Assembly: GCF_041146345.1 (NCBI RefSeq)
Contig: NW_027191413.1
Span: 2,046,001 to 2,110,000, forward strand
Length of the DNA stretch: 64,000 nucleotides
Reading direction: 5' to 3'
From: Neodothiora populina
Taxonomy: Eukaryota
The notes below the pieces were generated by a model. That model did not search any database. It was not told where the DNA came from and worked only from the letters and a program-made list of their open reading frames with translations. Below are positions 37,073 to 48,879 of this stretch, piece after piece. The translations under genes were made by a program, and so were the position numbers. The number at the start of each line of letters is the position of its first letter. The stretch's first letter is position 1.

Positions 37073-38685
37073 GATAACGAAATATATGTCATACTCCGAC
37101 ACGGCATGACCCACTTGTCTGTGTTATGAGTATGTGTGGATGCACTATGAGATGCACATTGAATCGTTCTAGAAAATACAGAGCTGTCGCCACGACATGT
37201 GACGCGTCCCTGACTCGACACAGCAGGCTGCGCCAAGCAGGTGCACTGCCACTCTCCTTTAAAGCGTGGACCCTTTACAGATTACGATATCATGAGCAAC
37301 ATGCACAGATGCGTGATGTACGATGCTTTTGGTGTGCGATGCCAAGTTCTGAATGCCACGAAGTCTTACAGTGATATACGGAGTGTTGCCTTGGTTCTTG
37401 GAGGCCTTGGGGGCCTTGGGAGTTCCGATGCATAAGCGATAATGCAAACCTGGAACGTCGCTCGGAACGCGTGCGGTAGGCCTCTGGTGATATGATGCAA
37501 CATAAACATCCACAATCGAAGGACAGTAGCCTAGTAGCAGCAAAAGTGGCTGTATTTAACGGTGTAGCCAAGACTCATCTCTCTGCGAGCAACGCCTAGC
37601 CGTTACAAGTACCTGTTAAGCGACGTGAAGAGAACTGAGCCGTCGTGCTCGTTGATCAATGTGAATCATCAAGGCTTGAGCGCGATGACAAGCGAGCTAT
37701 AAAGGACAGAGTAGGAAAAGTGGAATGTCTGGGCCTAATCTGCTCGAAATTGAGGGACACGAGAGAGTCTGGTGCCATCTGGAGGGCGTGCGAGATGGGT
37801 GTTTGAGAGATGTGCTTACAGCCAATGACGGCGAGGCGGCGGCTACCGCCAAGTCAGCTAGGCAAGCTAACCGGGACAAACACGCTAGCGCCAGGAGGTG
37901 TGTATTCGGTGCTTGGGGCTGTATGGATATGGTGATTTGGGACTAATAATAATAATAATACTCGAGCCTCCGTTGGCAACGCTTTCAGTGCCTTATGCGA
38001 CCACATAAACCTGCCACTCATTTTCCGGTCTCCCTAACTTTTAAAGTCTGTTACATCTGCCAATCACGCTCTCTTAGTACTTTCTTCTCGCACTATACGA
38101 CACTCGACGATCATTCGATAGGGAACACCTTGCACAGGCATTATCATATTCATAACCCCCTTTGGCCTATTACTGATCAAGCGATTGCAACACGGTCGAC
38201 GCTGCGTTCACTCACATCCCTTGACTCGCAGTGTTTGCAGAAGATATACATCATCTTGCACCTTTCATTTTGTTCTCGAGCCTTGCCATAAAAGGACATC
38301 TTCTGAGAATTAACGCGTCGACATCGCCTATTGTCGTCCTATTGTCCGAAGGAAGACCTGATCTCTGTTATTGTTGACATCAATAGACAACATGTCTCAA
38401 TAACCCCATCACCGAGTCTTGCCGCGGGATCGAATTTCTTTTACACATTCACTTGAAATATCGGCATTGAGTCATCAGACCCAATAGCTTCACAAAACAT
38501 ACTAGAGAATATACCTTGGTTGAGTTCGTTGGACGTGGTTCTGGAAGCACCACCGTACGAATTGCTTTGTTCTCTCAATTATCATCGAGCAGGTCTCTTT
38601 GTTCCAGCAGCATCGCTAATACCCGAACTCGGACGTTCGACTTCGACGCTTGATCCTTTGTTCTTTTGATATTACGCTGGTCGTC

Positions 38686-40626
38686 ATGCATTCTTCTCAC
38701 CACCACTCACATTTCCACTCCCACCTTGGCCGTTCGGAGGAATCGGCTGTCATGGTAGAGCTTTCCAAAAATGTTACGGATTTCGGCATCCTTTCCAATC
38801 TTACAGGATTCAGCGCATCGCCTTTCACTCATGGATTGGCAGGAGTCGACCAAGACACGAATTGGCTTCTCACTGAAGTCCTATGTCTAACGCTTGGCGG
38901 CCTGTGTGTCCTGACTCTGCTCTTCAGATGGCTCGCAATGGGTAACGCACATATGCGCCACCTTCTGACCATGCACAGCCCGGAAAGGCAAACATACTGG
39001 GCACGAAACCATGGTACCTGGTGGCCTGCCATCAAGAAACACTTGCTCTATGCTCCGCTGTTCAAGACCCGCCATAACCGTGAGATGCAACTCACATCAA
39101 GCATCGGTCTTGGTACGCTTCCGTCGCGCTACCATACTCTTCTATTGACTCTCTACATACTATCGAATTTCGCATATTGTTTAGTATTGAGGTGGCACGA
39201 GCCCACTCCCTCCATCCTTGCAGATCTGCGTGGTCGAAGCGGACAGCTCGCGGCCCTCAACATGATCCCCACCATTCTCTTCGCGCTGCGCAACAACCCG
39301 CTGATCCCGCTGCTGCGGGTGTCGTACGATACCTTCAATCTCCTTCACAGATGGTGTGCACGTGTGTGTGTGGCCGAGAGCATCGTCCATACCATTGCAT
39401 GGTTGGTGAACACTGGCAATTCGGGCGGCATGCTATCTATCAAGCTCAGTCTACAGACCAGTGCCAGTTTCTCCTGGGGCATGTTGGGTACGTGTATGTT
39501 CACCGTCCTCGCCATCCAAGCATTCTCGCCGATTCGACACGCCGCCTATGAGGTCTTCATCAACGTTCATCGCCTGCTGGCTCTTTTCGGCATGATCGGT
39601 GTCTATGTCCACTTGGATAAGGCCAACCTGCCTCAGCTTCCGTACGTCAAGCTGACATTTGGACTCTGGATCGCGGAATGGTTCCTTCGCTTTGTACGTC
39701 TTTCTTACTACAACATGAGCCTCAAGACCGGTATGACGAGAGTGGTCGTTGAGGCACTTCCGGCTGAAGCCTGTCGTGTGACCTTTGAGCTCGCCCGTCC
39801 CTGGAAGTTCACACCTGGAGCACATGTCCACGCCTACCTACCTTCCATCGGATTGTGGTCGTCACACCCGTTCTCCGTCGCATGGGCCGAGACTCGGCCG
39901 AGGAGCGCTGCGTTGGATATCGAAATGGAGAAGCTTTCCTCGTTCAAGCACCAATCTGTCGTGGGACAATCCAAGGGCGGGAATGTGACGACGCTGGCGC
40001 GGGACAGCGAAGAACGAAACTCGTCGGTCACATCTGTCAGCCTGATCATGCGCGCAAGAGCAGGTATGACTCGCAAGCTGCTCGACAAGGCGTCCGCGGC
40101 GCCCAACGGTCAGATCGTCATGTACGGTGCCATCGAAGGACCTTATGGAGGACATGAGTCGCTTTCGTCATTCGGCACAGTGATCCTGTTCGCCGGTGGC
40201 GTGGGCATCACGCACTGCGTGGGCTACGTCTACGACCTCCTGAAACAATACAACGAGGGCACGTGTTCAACGAGAAAGATACTGCTGGTATGGTCGGTGC
40301 CCAACACCGAAGCGCTCGAGTGGGCACGTCCCTGGATGGACCATATCCTGAGGATGGAGGGTCGCAAAGATGTCCTCCGTGTGCAGCTGTTTGTCACGAA
40401 ACCTCGGCACCAGAACGAGGTCAACAGCCGAACAGGCACTGTGCAAATGTTCCCCGGTCGTTGCAACCCGACGACCATTATAGAAAAAGAAGTGGCGGAG
40501 CAGGTCGGCGCCATGGGGATCACGGTCTGCGGGCCTGGTGCATTCGCAGACAGCGTGAGAGCTGCGGCGAGGAGAAAGGTGGATGAAAGTTCGTTGGTTT
40601 TTATAGAGGAAGGATTCAGCTACTGA
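38686..40626 (+). CDS. Ferric/cupric reductase (FRE family) transmembrane component
   Basis: LRNNPL, FNLLHRW, VHTIAW and NVHRLL...YVH (heme His pairs), HPFS (FAD), IEGPYG, FAGGVGIT (NADPH), CGPGAF, EEGFSY. Intronless. Confidence 0.94.
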   Translation: MHSSHHHSHFHSHLGRSEESAVMVELSKNVTDFGILSNLTGFSASPFTHGLAGVDQDTNWLLTEVLCLTLGGLCVLTLLFRWLAMGNAHMRHLLTMHSPERQTYWARNHGTWWPAIKKHLLYAPLFKTRHNREMQLTSSIGLGTLPSRYHTLLLTLYILSNFAYCLVLRWHEPTPSILADLRGRSGQLAALNMIPTILFALRNNPLIPLLRVSYDTFNLLHRWCARVCVAESIVHTIAWLVNTGNSGGMLSIKLSLQTSASFSWGMLGTCMFTVLAIQAFSPIRHAAYEVFINVHRLLALFGMIGVYVHLDKANLPQLPYVKLTFGLWIAEWFLRFVRLSYYNMSLKTGMTRVVVEALPAEACRVTFELARPWKFTPGAHVHAYLPSIGLWSSHPFSVAWAETRPRSAALDIEMEKLSSFKHQSVVGQSKGGNVTTLARDSEERNSSVTSVSLIMRARAGMTRKLLDKASAAPNGQIVMYGAIEGPYGGHESLSSFGTVILFAGGVGITHCVGYVYDLLKQYNEGTCSTRKILLVWSVPNTEALEWARPWMDHILRMEGRKDVLRVQLFVTKPRHQNEVNSRTGTVQMFPGRCNPTTIIEKEVAEQVGAMGITVCGPGAFADSVRAAARRKVDESSLVFIEEGFSY

Positions 40627-41531
40627 GCTGTCCTGTACATGACTGTTGTGTCTTTTTCTGAGCGTCTTTTGGCAGGCGATGTTTTTGTATATAGGTACAA
40701 TACCAGTAGCGACGAGCCCGGGAGTTGTGCGAAAGATCATAATATCATCCATTGCCCCTCCGATCATATCACTTCAAGTAGTCGACCAGACGAGTGCCTG
40801 GATGTTTACTATATTGAGTGAGACACGGCAGAGGATCTGCATCTGAAACTGCCTGTACTGTACTTGTAGATGGCACAGCAGTGGATACGAGTGATTGACA
40901 GCAGTGGCTAATGCGGATAGCAATGAGATGTGGCGCTGTCAAGCTGTCGTACATACAGTACCTTGCGAGGTCTGGTGCAACCAAGGACGGGCAAGTAAGG
41001 AAACACGAAGGTAGATAGGTAGTCAAATAAGGTAAAGGCGGAAACGAAAAGGTGTGGGGGACGAAGGTTGAGCGCCAACTCTGTTCGGTTGGACGCGACC
41101 AGCCGGCGGAGATCGTCGTCAGAAATACAGTACTGTAACATGTACAGTAAGTAAGGTAGAGTACAGTTGAGGGAGGGAGAAGTAAGGTACTGTATACGTC
41201 GACTGCTGGATGACCATTCAGCACTCATCAGTCTCGACTCCCGACTTTTAACCTCCAACAACTCACCAACAATTGCCGCTCCTTCCCTTTCCACACATTC
41301 TCTGAACGGCGACGTCTCGAATCAGCCGGTGACATTGTCGTTTCCCTCCCTGTCTGCTATCTTTAAGATCGGCAAGGTAGCATTGGCATTCGCGTTCGCT
41401 ACACACGCACACACGCAATCGCCGGCCACGCAACACACACCCTCGGGCTGGCAGAAGCACAATCTCGACAGACGGAAGAGCAGAGCGCTGTGCAATCGCA
41501 CCAAGACCAGACGTAAGCCCATGTGGCCATC

Positions 41532-44500
41532 ATGGCCGAGCAAGCGCTCCAGGCGAAGCTGAGGGAGCTGGAGCATGAGTTAGAGGTTCGTATAACATGA
41601 CAGAAGACAACAAGAGGCATAAAGAGGGCAAATTCCAAGAGTCGCCAGCCATGGGCGATGCGCATCATCTATACTCTGCTGATAGGAGGCTGACACTCGC
41701 TGACAGGAAGGTGACATTACACAAAAAGGGTACATTGCCATCCACTCTTGACTTTCCCCCATTGACGGCGCACGCGACCTGCTGATATGACACCCTGAGA
41801 ATAGCTACGAGAAACGCCGTACCCTGATTCTATCACAACTCTACGGCGATGCATCCCCGGCAGGCCTCCGCATCCATGCGCCAGACGACACATCGCATCC
41901 ATCCAGCGAAGATGCGCGCGCCGCATCCTTGGCCAGCATCAATGCAGGACCCTATCCAGGCAACCAGAACGGACCGCTACCAGCCCGTTATGGAGAGGAA
42001 CCACCACCCCAAGGCCAGGTCGCACGGTTCCAAGAGCAGCAGTTGGGAATGAGGCCACCATTTCCGCAGCAGCCAACTTTCTCCTACCAGACTTCTCCCT
42101 CCATGCTCTCTGGAAACGGGCAGGAATCTGGGTCCAACACAATGGTGAATTCAGACTATGCCTTCAACCCCGAGACTCAATACACTCCCTCCGGCGACCA
42201 ACAGCGACCCTTGTCCGGATTCCCCTCGCCGGATGGTCAAAGTCGTCTGAGTACGATGCTGGACTCCCAACAGGGCTTCTTCGACGACTTTGCTGGCCAG
42301 CAGATGCAGGAGCAGCCGCGAGAGAGCTACGGTGGACCGCAAAGGTATTCTGCCGGCGAAGCCTTCTCACCGACCGCAGCCATACCACCTCCGCTTCTGA
42401 CCTCTAACGATCTACCGAACGCAGCCGCCCCGGTACATCAACTTCCTCTGGAGCCCCGCGAGGTTCCTTTTGCTGTCTATGACCCCCATGACAAGACTGT
42501 GCCAATGTCCAAATTCGATAGCATCGGCGCCGTGCTACGCCATCGGGGCAAGGCCAACGCCCGCCAGCCGGCTTATTGGGTTCTTGATTCCAAGGGCAAA
42601 GAGACGGCATCGATAACATGGGAAAAGCTGGCCAGCAGGGCGGAAAAGGTTGCCCAAGTCATTCGTGACAAGAGCAATCTCTACCGTGGCGATCGCGTTG
42701 CCTTGGTCTACCGCGACACCGAGATCATCGACTTCGCCGTAGCACTCATGGGTTGCTTTATCGCTGGAGTCGTGGCCGTTCCCATAAACAATGTTGATGA
42801 TTACCAGAAGCTGGGTCTTTTGCTTACAACCACGCAAGCGCATCTGGCTCTGACCACCGACAACAATCTGAAAGCATTCCACCGCGACATCAGTCAGCAG
42901 CGTCTGAAATGGCCTACCGGCGTCGAGTGGTGGAAAACAAATGAGTTTGGAAGTTATCACCCTAAGAAGAAAGACGAGACCCCTGCTTTACAAGTGCCGG
43001 ATCTCGCATACATCGAGTTCTCACGAGCACCGACAGGCGACTTGCGTGGTGTTGTGCTGAGCCACCGGACTATCATGCATCAGATGGCATGCATCAGCGC
43101 CATAGTCTCGACTATCCCCCCGGCCGAAAGTTCGGATCTCGTGCGCACAACCACCGGCGCATTCATGGGTCCCATCTCGAGGAATGCCGAGACCATTCTG
43201 TCTTATCTTGACCCACGAGAAGGCGTTGGCATGATTCTTGGAGTTCTGTTTGGTGTTTACGGAGGCCACACTACAGTCTGGTTGGAATCCAAGACGGTTG
43301 ATACCCCTGGCATGTACGCGCATTTGATCTCCAAATATAGGTCCACAATCATGGTCGCCGATTATCCTGGCTTGAAGCGCACAGCATACAACTACCAACA
43401 GGATCCGATGGCCACGAGGAACTTCAAGAAAAACACAGAGCCCAACTTCTCCAGCGTCAAGATATGCCTCATAGATACCATCACGGTCGACAGCGAGTTT
43501 CACGAGATTCTTGCAGACCGTTGGCTGCGACCTATGCGCAATCCTCGAGCCCGGGAGATCGTTGCCCCCATGCTTTGCCTGCCTGAACATGGAGGCATGA
43601 TTATCTCTGTCCGTGACTGGCTTGGCGGGGAGGAGAGAATGGGATGCGCATTGAGCATTGATGAGGATGACGATTATGACGACAAACGACCAGTCGGCCC
43701 GTCGAGTCCTGGCGGCACAAACGGTTATTCCAGCTTGATTGGTGGCGGAGGAGGATCTAAGAAGCAACACCGGAAAAGCCGGACCGAACTCAGCGAGGCT
43801 CTGCTGGACAAGGAAGCCCTCAAGACCAACGAGGTTGTTGTTCTAGCCATGGGTGAAGAAGCAAGAAGACGCGCCAATGAGCCAGGCACTGTCAGAGCGG
43901 GAGCATTTGGCTACCCGATTCCCGACGCTACACTCGCTCTGGTCGACCCGGAGACTGGCTTGCTCTGCTCCCATTATGCAGTCGGAGAAATCTGGGTCGA
44001 CTCCCCCTCCCTTTCAGGCGGCTTCTGGGCCTTGCCACGACACACCGAGAGTATATTCCATGCGAGACCTTATAGATTTATGGAAGGCAATCCAACACCC
44101 GTCCTGGTCGAGCCCGAGTTCTTGAGAACGGGTTTACTTGGATGCATCATCGAGGGCAAAATCTACGTCCTTGGCCTCTACGAAGATCGCATTCGCCAAA
44201 GGGTGGAGTGGGTCGAAGACGGAGTCCAGGAATTGGAACATCGCTATTTCTTCGTGCAACACCTCGTGGTGAGCATCATGAAGACGGTACCCAAGATCTA
44301 CGATTGCTCGGCATTCGACGCTCATGTTAACGGAGAGTATTTACCATTCGTCCTCATAGAGACCCAAGCTGCGTCTACCGCTCCGACAACAGCTGGAGGT
44401 CCGCCGAGACAACTTGACATACCGTTCCTCGACTCCCTATCGGAGCGCGTTATGGAAGTCTTGTACCAGGAGCACCATCTCCGAGTGTACTGCGTTATGA

Positions 44501-47386
44501 TGACAGCGCCAAATACCCTACCCCGAGTCATCAAAAACGGACGGCGGGATATCGGTAACATGCTCTGCCGCAAAGACTTTGACAATGGCGCACTGCCTTG
44601 TGTGCACGTCAAGTTTGGCATTGAGCGTTCCGTGCAAAATCTGCCACTGGGCGATGATCCAGGTGGCGGTATCTGGTCTCCACTGGCATCACAGGTCCGG
44701 CAAGATATTTTGATGATGCAAGACAAGCAGTATTCTGGTGTTGACCACCGAGAAGTCGTCATCGATGACAGAACTTCCACTCCTCTGAACCAATTTTCGA
44801 ATATCCATGACCTGATGCAATGGAGAGTCTCTCGACAGCCCGAGGAGCTGTCGTACTGCACAGTAGACGGTCGCGGTAGGGAAGGCAAAGGCGTTAATTG
44901 GAAAAAGTTTGATCTCAAAGTAGCTGCTGTGGCGGTCTATTTGCGCAACAAAGTCAAAGTGCAGGCTGGCGACCATCTGTTATTGATGTACACTCACTCG
45001 GAAGACTTTGTCTATGCCCTACATGCTTGCATGGCACTCGGAGCTATAGCAGTTCCCATGGCACCTGTTGATTCCAATCGACTCAACGAAGACTCCCCTG
45101 CGCTATTGCATGTCATCTCAGACTATCGGATCAAGGCCGTCATTGTCAATGCTGACGTCGACTCACTGCTTAGACAGAAGGTCGTTTCTCAGCACTTGAA
45201 ACAATCGGCTCTGATTCTCAAGGTCAACCTTCCTGGTATCTACAACACTACAAAGCCCTCGAAGCAGTCGCATGGCTGTCGAGAGCTCGGCTTCACGATG
45301 CGTCCAGCTTGGGTTGCGCCTGGATATCCCGTCGTGATTTGGACCTACTGGACGCCGGATCAAAGACGTGTTGCCGTGCAGCTTGGTCATGACACCATCA
45401 TGGCTTTGTGTAAGGTCCAGAAGGAAACTTGCCAGATGACGTCTACGCGACCAATCCTAGGATGCGTGAGATCTACAGTGGGCATTGGATTCTTACATAC
45501 ATGCATGATGGGTATCTTCTTGGCTGCTCCGACCTACCTCGTGTCACCAGTGGACTTTGCCGCAAACCCAAACATCCTCTTCCAGACACTGTCACGGTAC
45601 AAGATCAAAGACACCTATGCCACCGCGCAGATGCTTGAGCACGCAATAGCACACTCGGCGGGCAAGGCATCATCATTGATGGAACTCAAGAACCTCATGA
45701 TTGCCACTGATCAGAGACCTCGAGCCGACGTCTACTCGAAAGTCAGAGTCGCTTTTGCGTCAGCCGGATTGGACAGGACTGCCATCAACACTATATACAG
45801 TCATGTGCTCAACCCAATGATTGCGAGCCGGAGTTATATGTGTATTGAGCCAATAGAGCTGTACCTTGACTTGCACTCCTTGCGCCGTGGCCTGGTTGTG
45901 CCAGTCGATCCTGATACCGAGCCCTTTGCCTTGTTGGTACAAGACTCGGGCATGGTACCAGTCAGCACTCAGATCAGCATTGTCAATCCTGAAACCAATC
46001 AACTCTGCCTTGTCGGAGAATATGGAGAAATCTGGGTGCAGAGTGAAGCATCCGCATACTCTTTCTACGGGTCCAAGGACGCCTTCGACGCGGAAAGATT
46101 CAACGGTCGCACAGTTGATGGCGATCCTGGTGTGCGATATGTACGAACAGGAGACCTGGGCTTCTTGCACAATGTCAGCAGGCCTATCGGTCCTGGTGGC
46201 AGCATGGTCGAGATGCAAGTGCTGTTCGTACTTGGTGGTATCGGTGAGACATTCGAAGTGAATGGCCTGCAACACTTTCCGATCGACGTTGAAAATAGCG
46301 TTGAGCGATGCCATCGAGCTTTGCTACCAGGTGGATGGTGAGTTTCCTGATTGCGTCACAAGTGACTGTTTTCTTTGGCTGACTGATCGTTCTAGCGCAA
46401 TCTTCCAAGCAGGCTCCTTGCTCGTGCTCATTGCCGAATCTCGCACAAGAGCTTATCTTGCATCGATTGTCCCCGTCATTGTCAACACTGTTCTGAACGA
46501 GCACCAACTTGTCCTCGACATTGTTGCGTTTGTCCAAAAGGGCGATTTCCCACGATCACGTCTTGGTGAGAAGCAGCGAGGCAAGATCCTCGCGACCTGG
46601 GTGTCCCGCAAGATGCGCACAATAGCTCAATTCAGCATCCGCGACCCTGATGCTGAAGGCACCGTAGCACCTCAAGTACCAGACGACATGATGATGTCAA
46701 GTCAATATCGCGGCAGCATACAGTCCATGAGCAGAACCAACACAGGCACCTTCAATCGTGCCGCAACAGGCTCGGGAAGCATAAGCCGCAACCCAGGAAC
46801 AGCAGGCAGCTCGCTCCGCAACGTCGAAAGCATCTCACAAATGCCCATGAGAGAGGAAGACGAGTACTCGCGTCACCACAGCGTCAGCGACGGCGGCGAA
46901 GGCCTCACTCTCCAAATCGCCGACGCCTACCGCGACGATGATGACGACAACGACGATGACAGCGACCACGATCCTCTCGACGCACCGCCCATGATCCACG
47001 AAGAAGGTCTGTACATGGACGACGGCCGCAGCGACCGCACGCCGACAAACGAGCACCCGCACCAACGACGTCCGTTACAGCTCAACACCACCCTCGACTA
47101 CTCGCCCATTGACGGCCAACGGATGTTCTACGAGAGTCCCAACCCGTCGATGCCCATGTTCGAACAACAACAACACCTCGACCCCTCATCGTCGCAACAA
47201 CAGCAGTATCAACGCCAACAACAAGCAGAAAGCATCCATAACGCAGGCAGTGGCTACGAAGCGCATCAGGAACCCTATCTGCTCTATCGCCCGGCCTCGC
47301 CGATCCAGTTCCCGATGGACGACGAGCCGGAGCCAAGAAGAGGTGGGTTGCGCATCGCTAATCGCACCGAGTCGGATAGTGATTGA
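41532..47386 (+). CDS. CPS1: CPS1 / DIP2-family protein (DMAP1-binding domain plus two fatty acyl-AMP ligase-like domains)
   Basis: Exons 41532-41585, 41707-41729, 41805-46337, 46396-47386. N-terminal LRELEHELEEGDITQKGYEKRR; two adenylate-forming domains (LAYIEFS, VGEIWV, FLRTGLLG; GEIWV, YVRTGDLGF); FPRSRLGEKQRGKIL. Confidence 0.94.
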
Positions 47387-48879
47387 TCGACGACGTCTTT
47401 TTTCTCCTCTCTTTCTCCATCAGGGGGCCATGACGAAGGAGGAAAAGAGCATATACCTTCTTGTCCTCCTTGCCATCTCACGTCGGAAAGGGACTGTAGA
47501 CATGGGGCGTTTACACCTCTTCTCCAATCCCCGCCCATCATCTGAAAAAATACAGCTTCTTTTTGATCATGTTCACTTCCTTTTCCCTACCGTATGTATG
47601 TCATGTATACTGTACCGTCTGTACGTAGCCATACATACAATACATAGTTTGTCAGTTCTGTTTGAATAGAACGAAGATGAAAATGAAAACGGTAGAACAA
47701 AGACAGAAATGGCATACATTATACATTATACATTATTACACATATATCGCGCATATCACATATCATATTTTCCTCATGTCTGACACTAGCCAACAACTTG
47801 CATGATCGAGTGGCGTCTTGTCTCGTCTTGACTCGTCTCGTCCTTAGTCCTCTCGAATCACGCCGCGTGGTTGGTTTGGCCCTTTCTTTGTGATTAAACA
47901 TGGCGTTTATCCATCTGACATGGAGGGATGGAAACAAAAAAAGTCTGCCTTGCCTTTCCTTGCGTGATTGATTCACATCCTCCTCCTGACAGGAGCATAT
48001 GTTACTGTATCTCTACTCGGCTACCCAATGGAAGAAGAAGAAGAGCAAGTACATCAGACAAGGACTACCTGATAATAAGACGAAGACTGACACACAATAA
48101 TCAAAATACTAGACCTGTACAGATGCATCACGAGATGGGAACGGCAACTGCAATGTCACAGAGGCAGAGAGACAGTCAATTGTAGAGTGTGGAAAAAAAG
48201 GCGTAGAATTTAGATAAAATCACATTATTCTAAGAAGAGCCCTCGATAGTGATAATGATCTGATCAGAAAATAGAAAACCAAACATGCATGGGCTTTACA
48301 GATTGAAGCAAATACCATAATAAGTTTGAGATTGAAGGAGAGAGGAAGACAGAAAAAAAAGGTGAGAAGGTAGAAATAGAGTCATGAAGACTGAACGAAG
48401 ATGCACGCTGGTCAAGCGCAAAACGAGGATGAGTATAAGCAGTACAAACAAAAAGAGGAGAAAAAAATCAATCGTTGGTAGACATTCTTGTCCCCTTCTC
48501 ATTAATCTTCCGAATCGCAAGAGGCTTGTTTAACCCTAGTCCACTTTTGTCTTGAGAAATGCTGGATGCTTTTTTTTGGTCTGTAAGCATAGAACTCTAT
48601 GCTACGATGTGACAGGGAAATGGATTAGACGGTCGTAAGTTTTTCCGATGCAATAATTTGCTTTGGCTATATCCCCCATTCGTAGATAGGATTTCAGTAG
48701 TAGCGAAGAATCATTAAGAGCGCTTTTCTTTTTCTTTGTGTCTTTCTAATCGTGTCTGGTCATGGCTCAGATCTTTTTCTTGTTGATGAAAGAGTTATTC
48801 ATTATCAATCGTCAGCAAATGCCTCTTTGGCATTTTCTTATTTTTCGTGCTTCGTCGGAGACATAAGACAGTCTCCATA

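Noticed and set aside
41929..46341. Adenylation domains suggesting an NRPS or secondary-metabolite cluster with the GNAT and reductase
   Set aside because: No condensation or thiolation domains; the architecture is CPS1/DIP2 and the neighbours are housekeeping genes.
1..47386. Co-occurrence of PAH1 (makes DAG) and CPS1/DIP2 (regulates DAG)
   Set aside because: They are 40 kb apart with many unrelated genes between them; no evidence of clustering.
48530..48538. TTAACCCTA resembling a telomerase RNA template (similar matches near 20291 and 20378), tempting because an Est1-like gene is in the window
   Set aside because: Matches of this length are expected by chance in 64 kb. I recognised no pseudoknot or CR4/5-like element, and the context looks like a 3' UTR between convergent genes.
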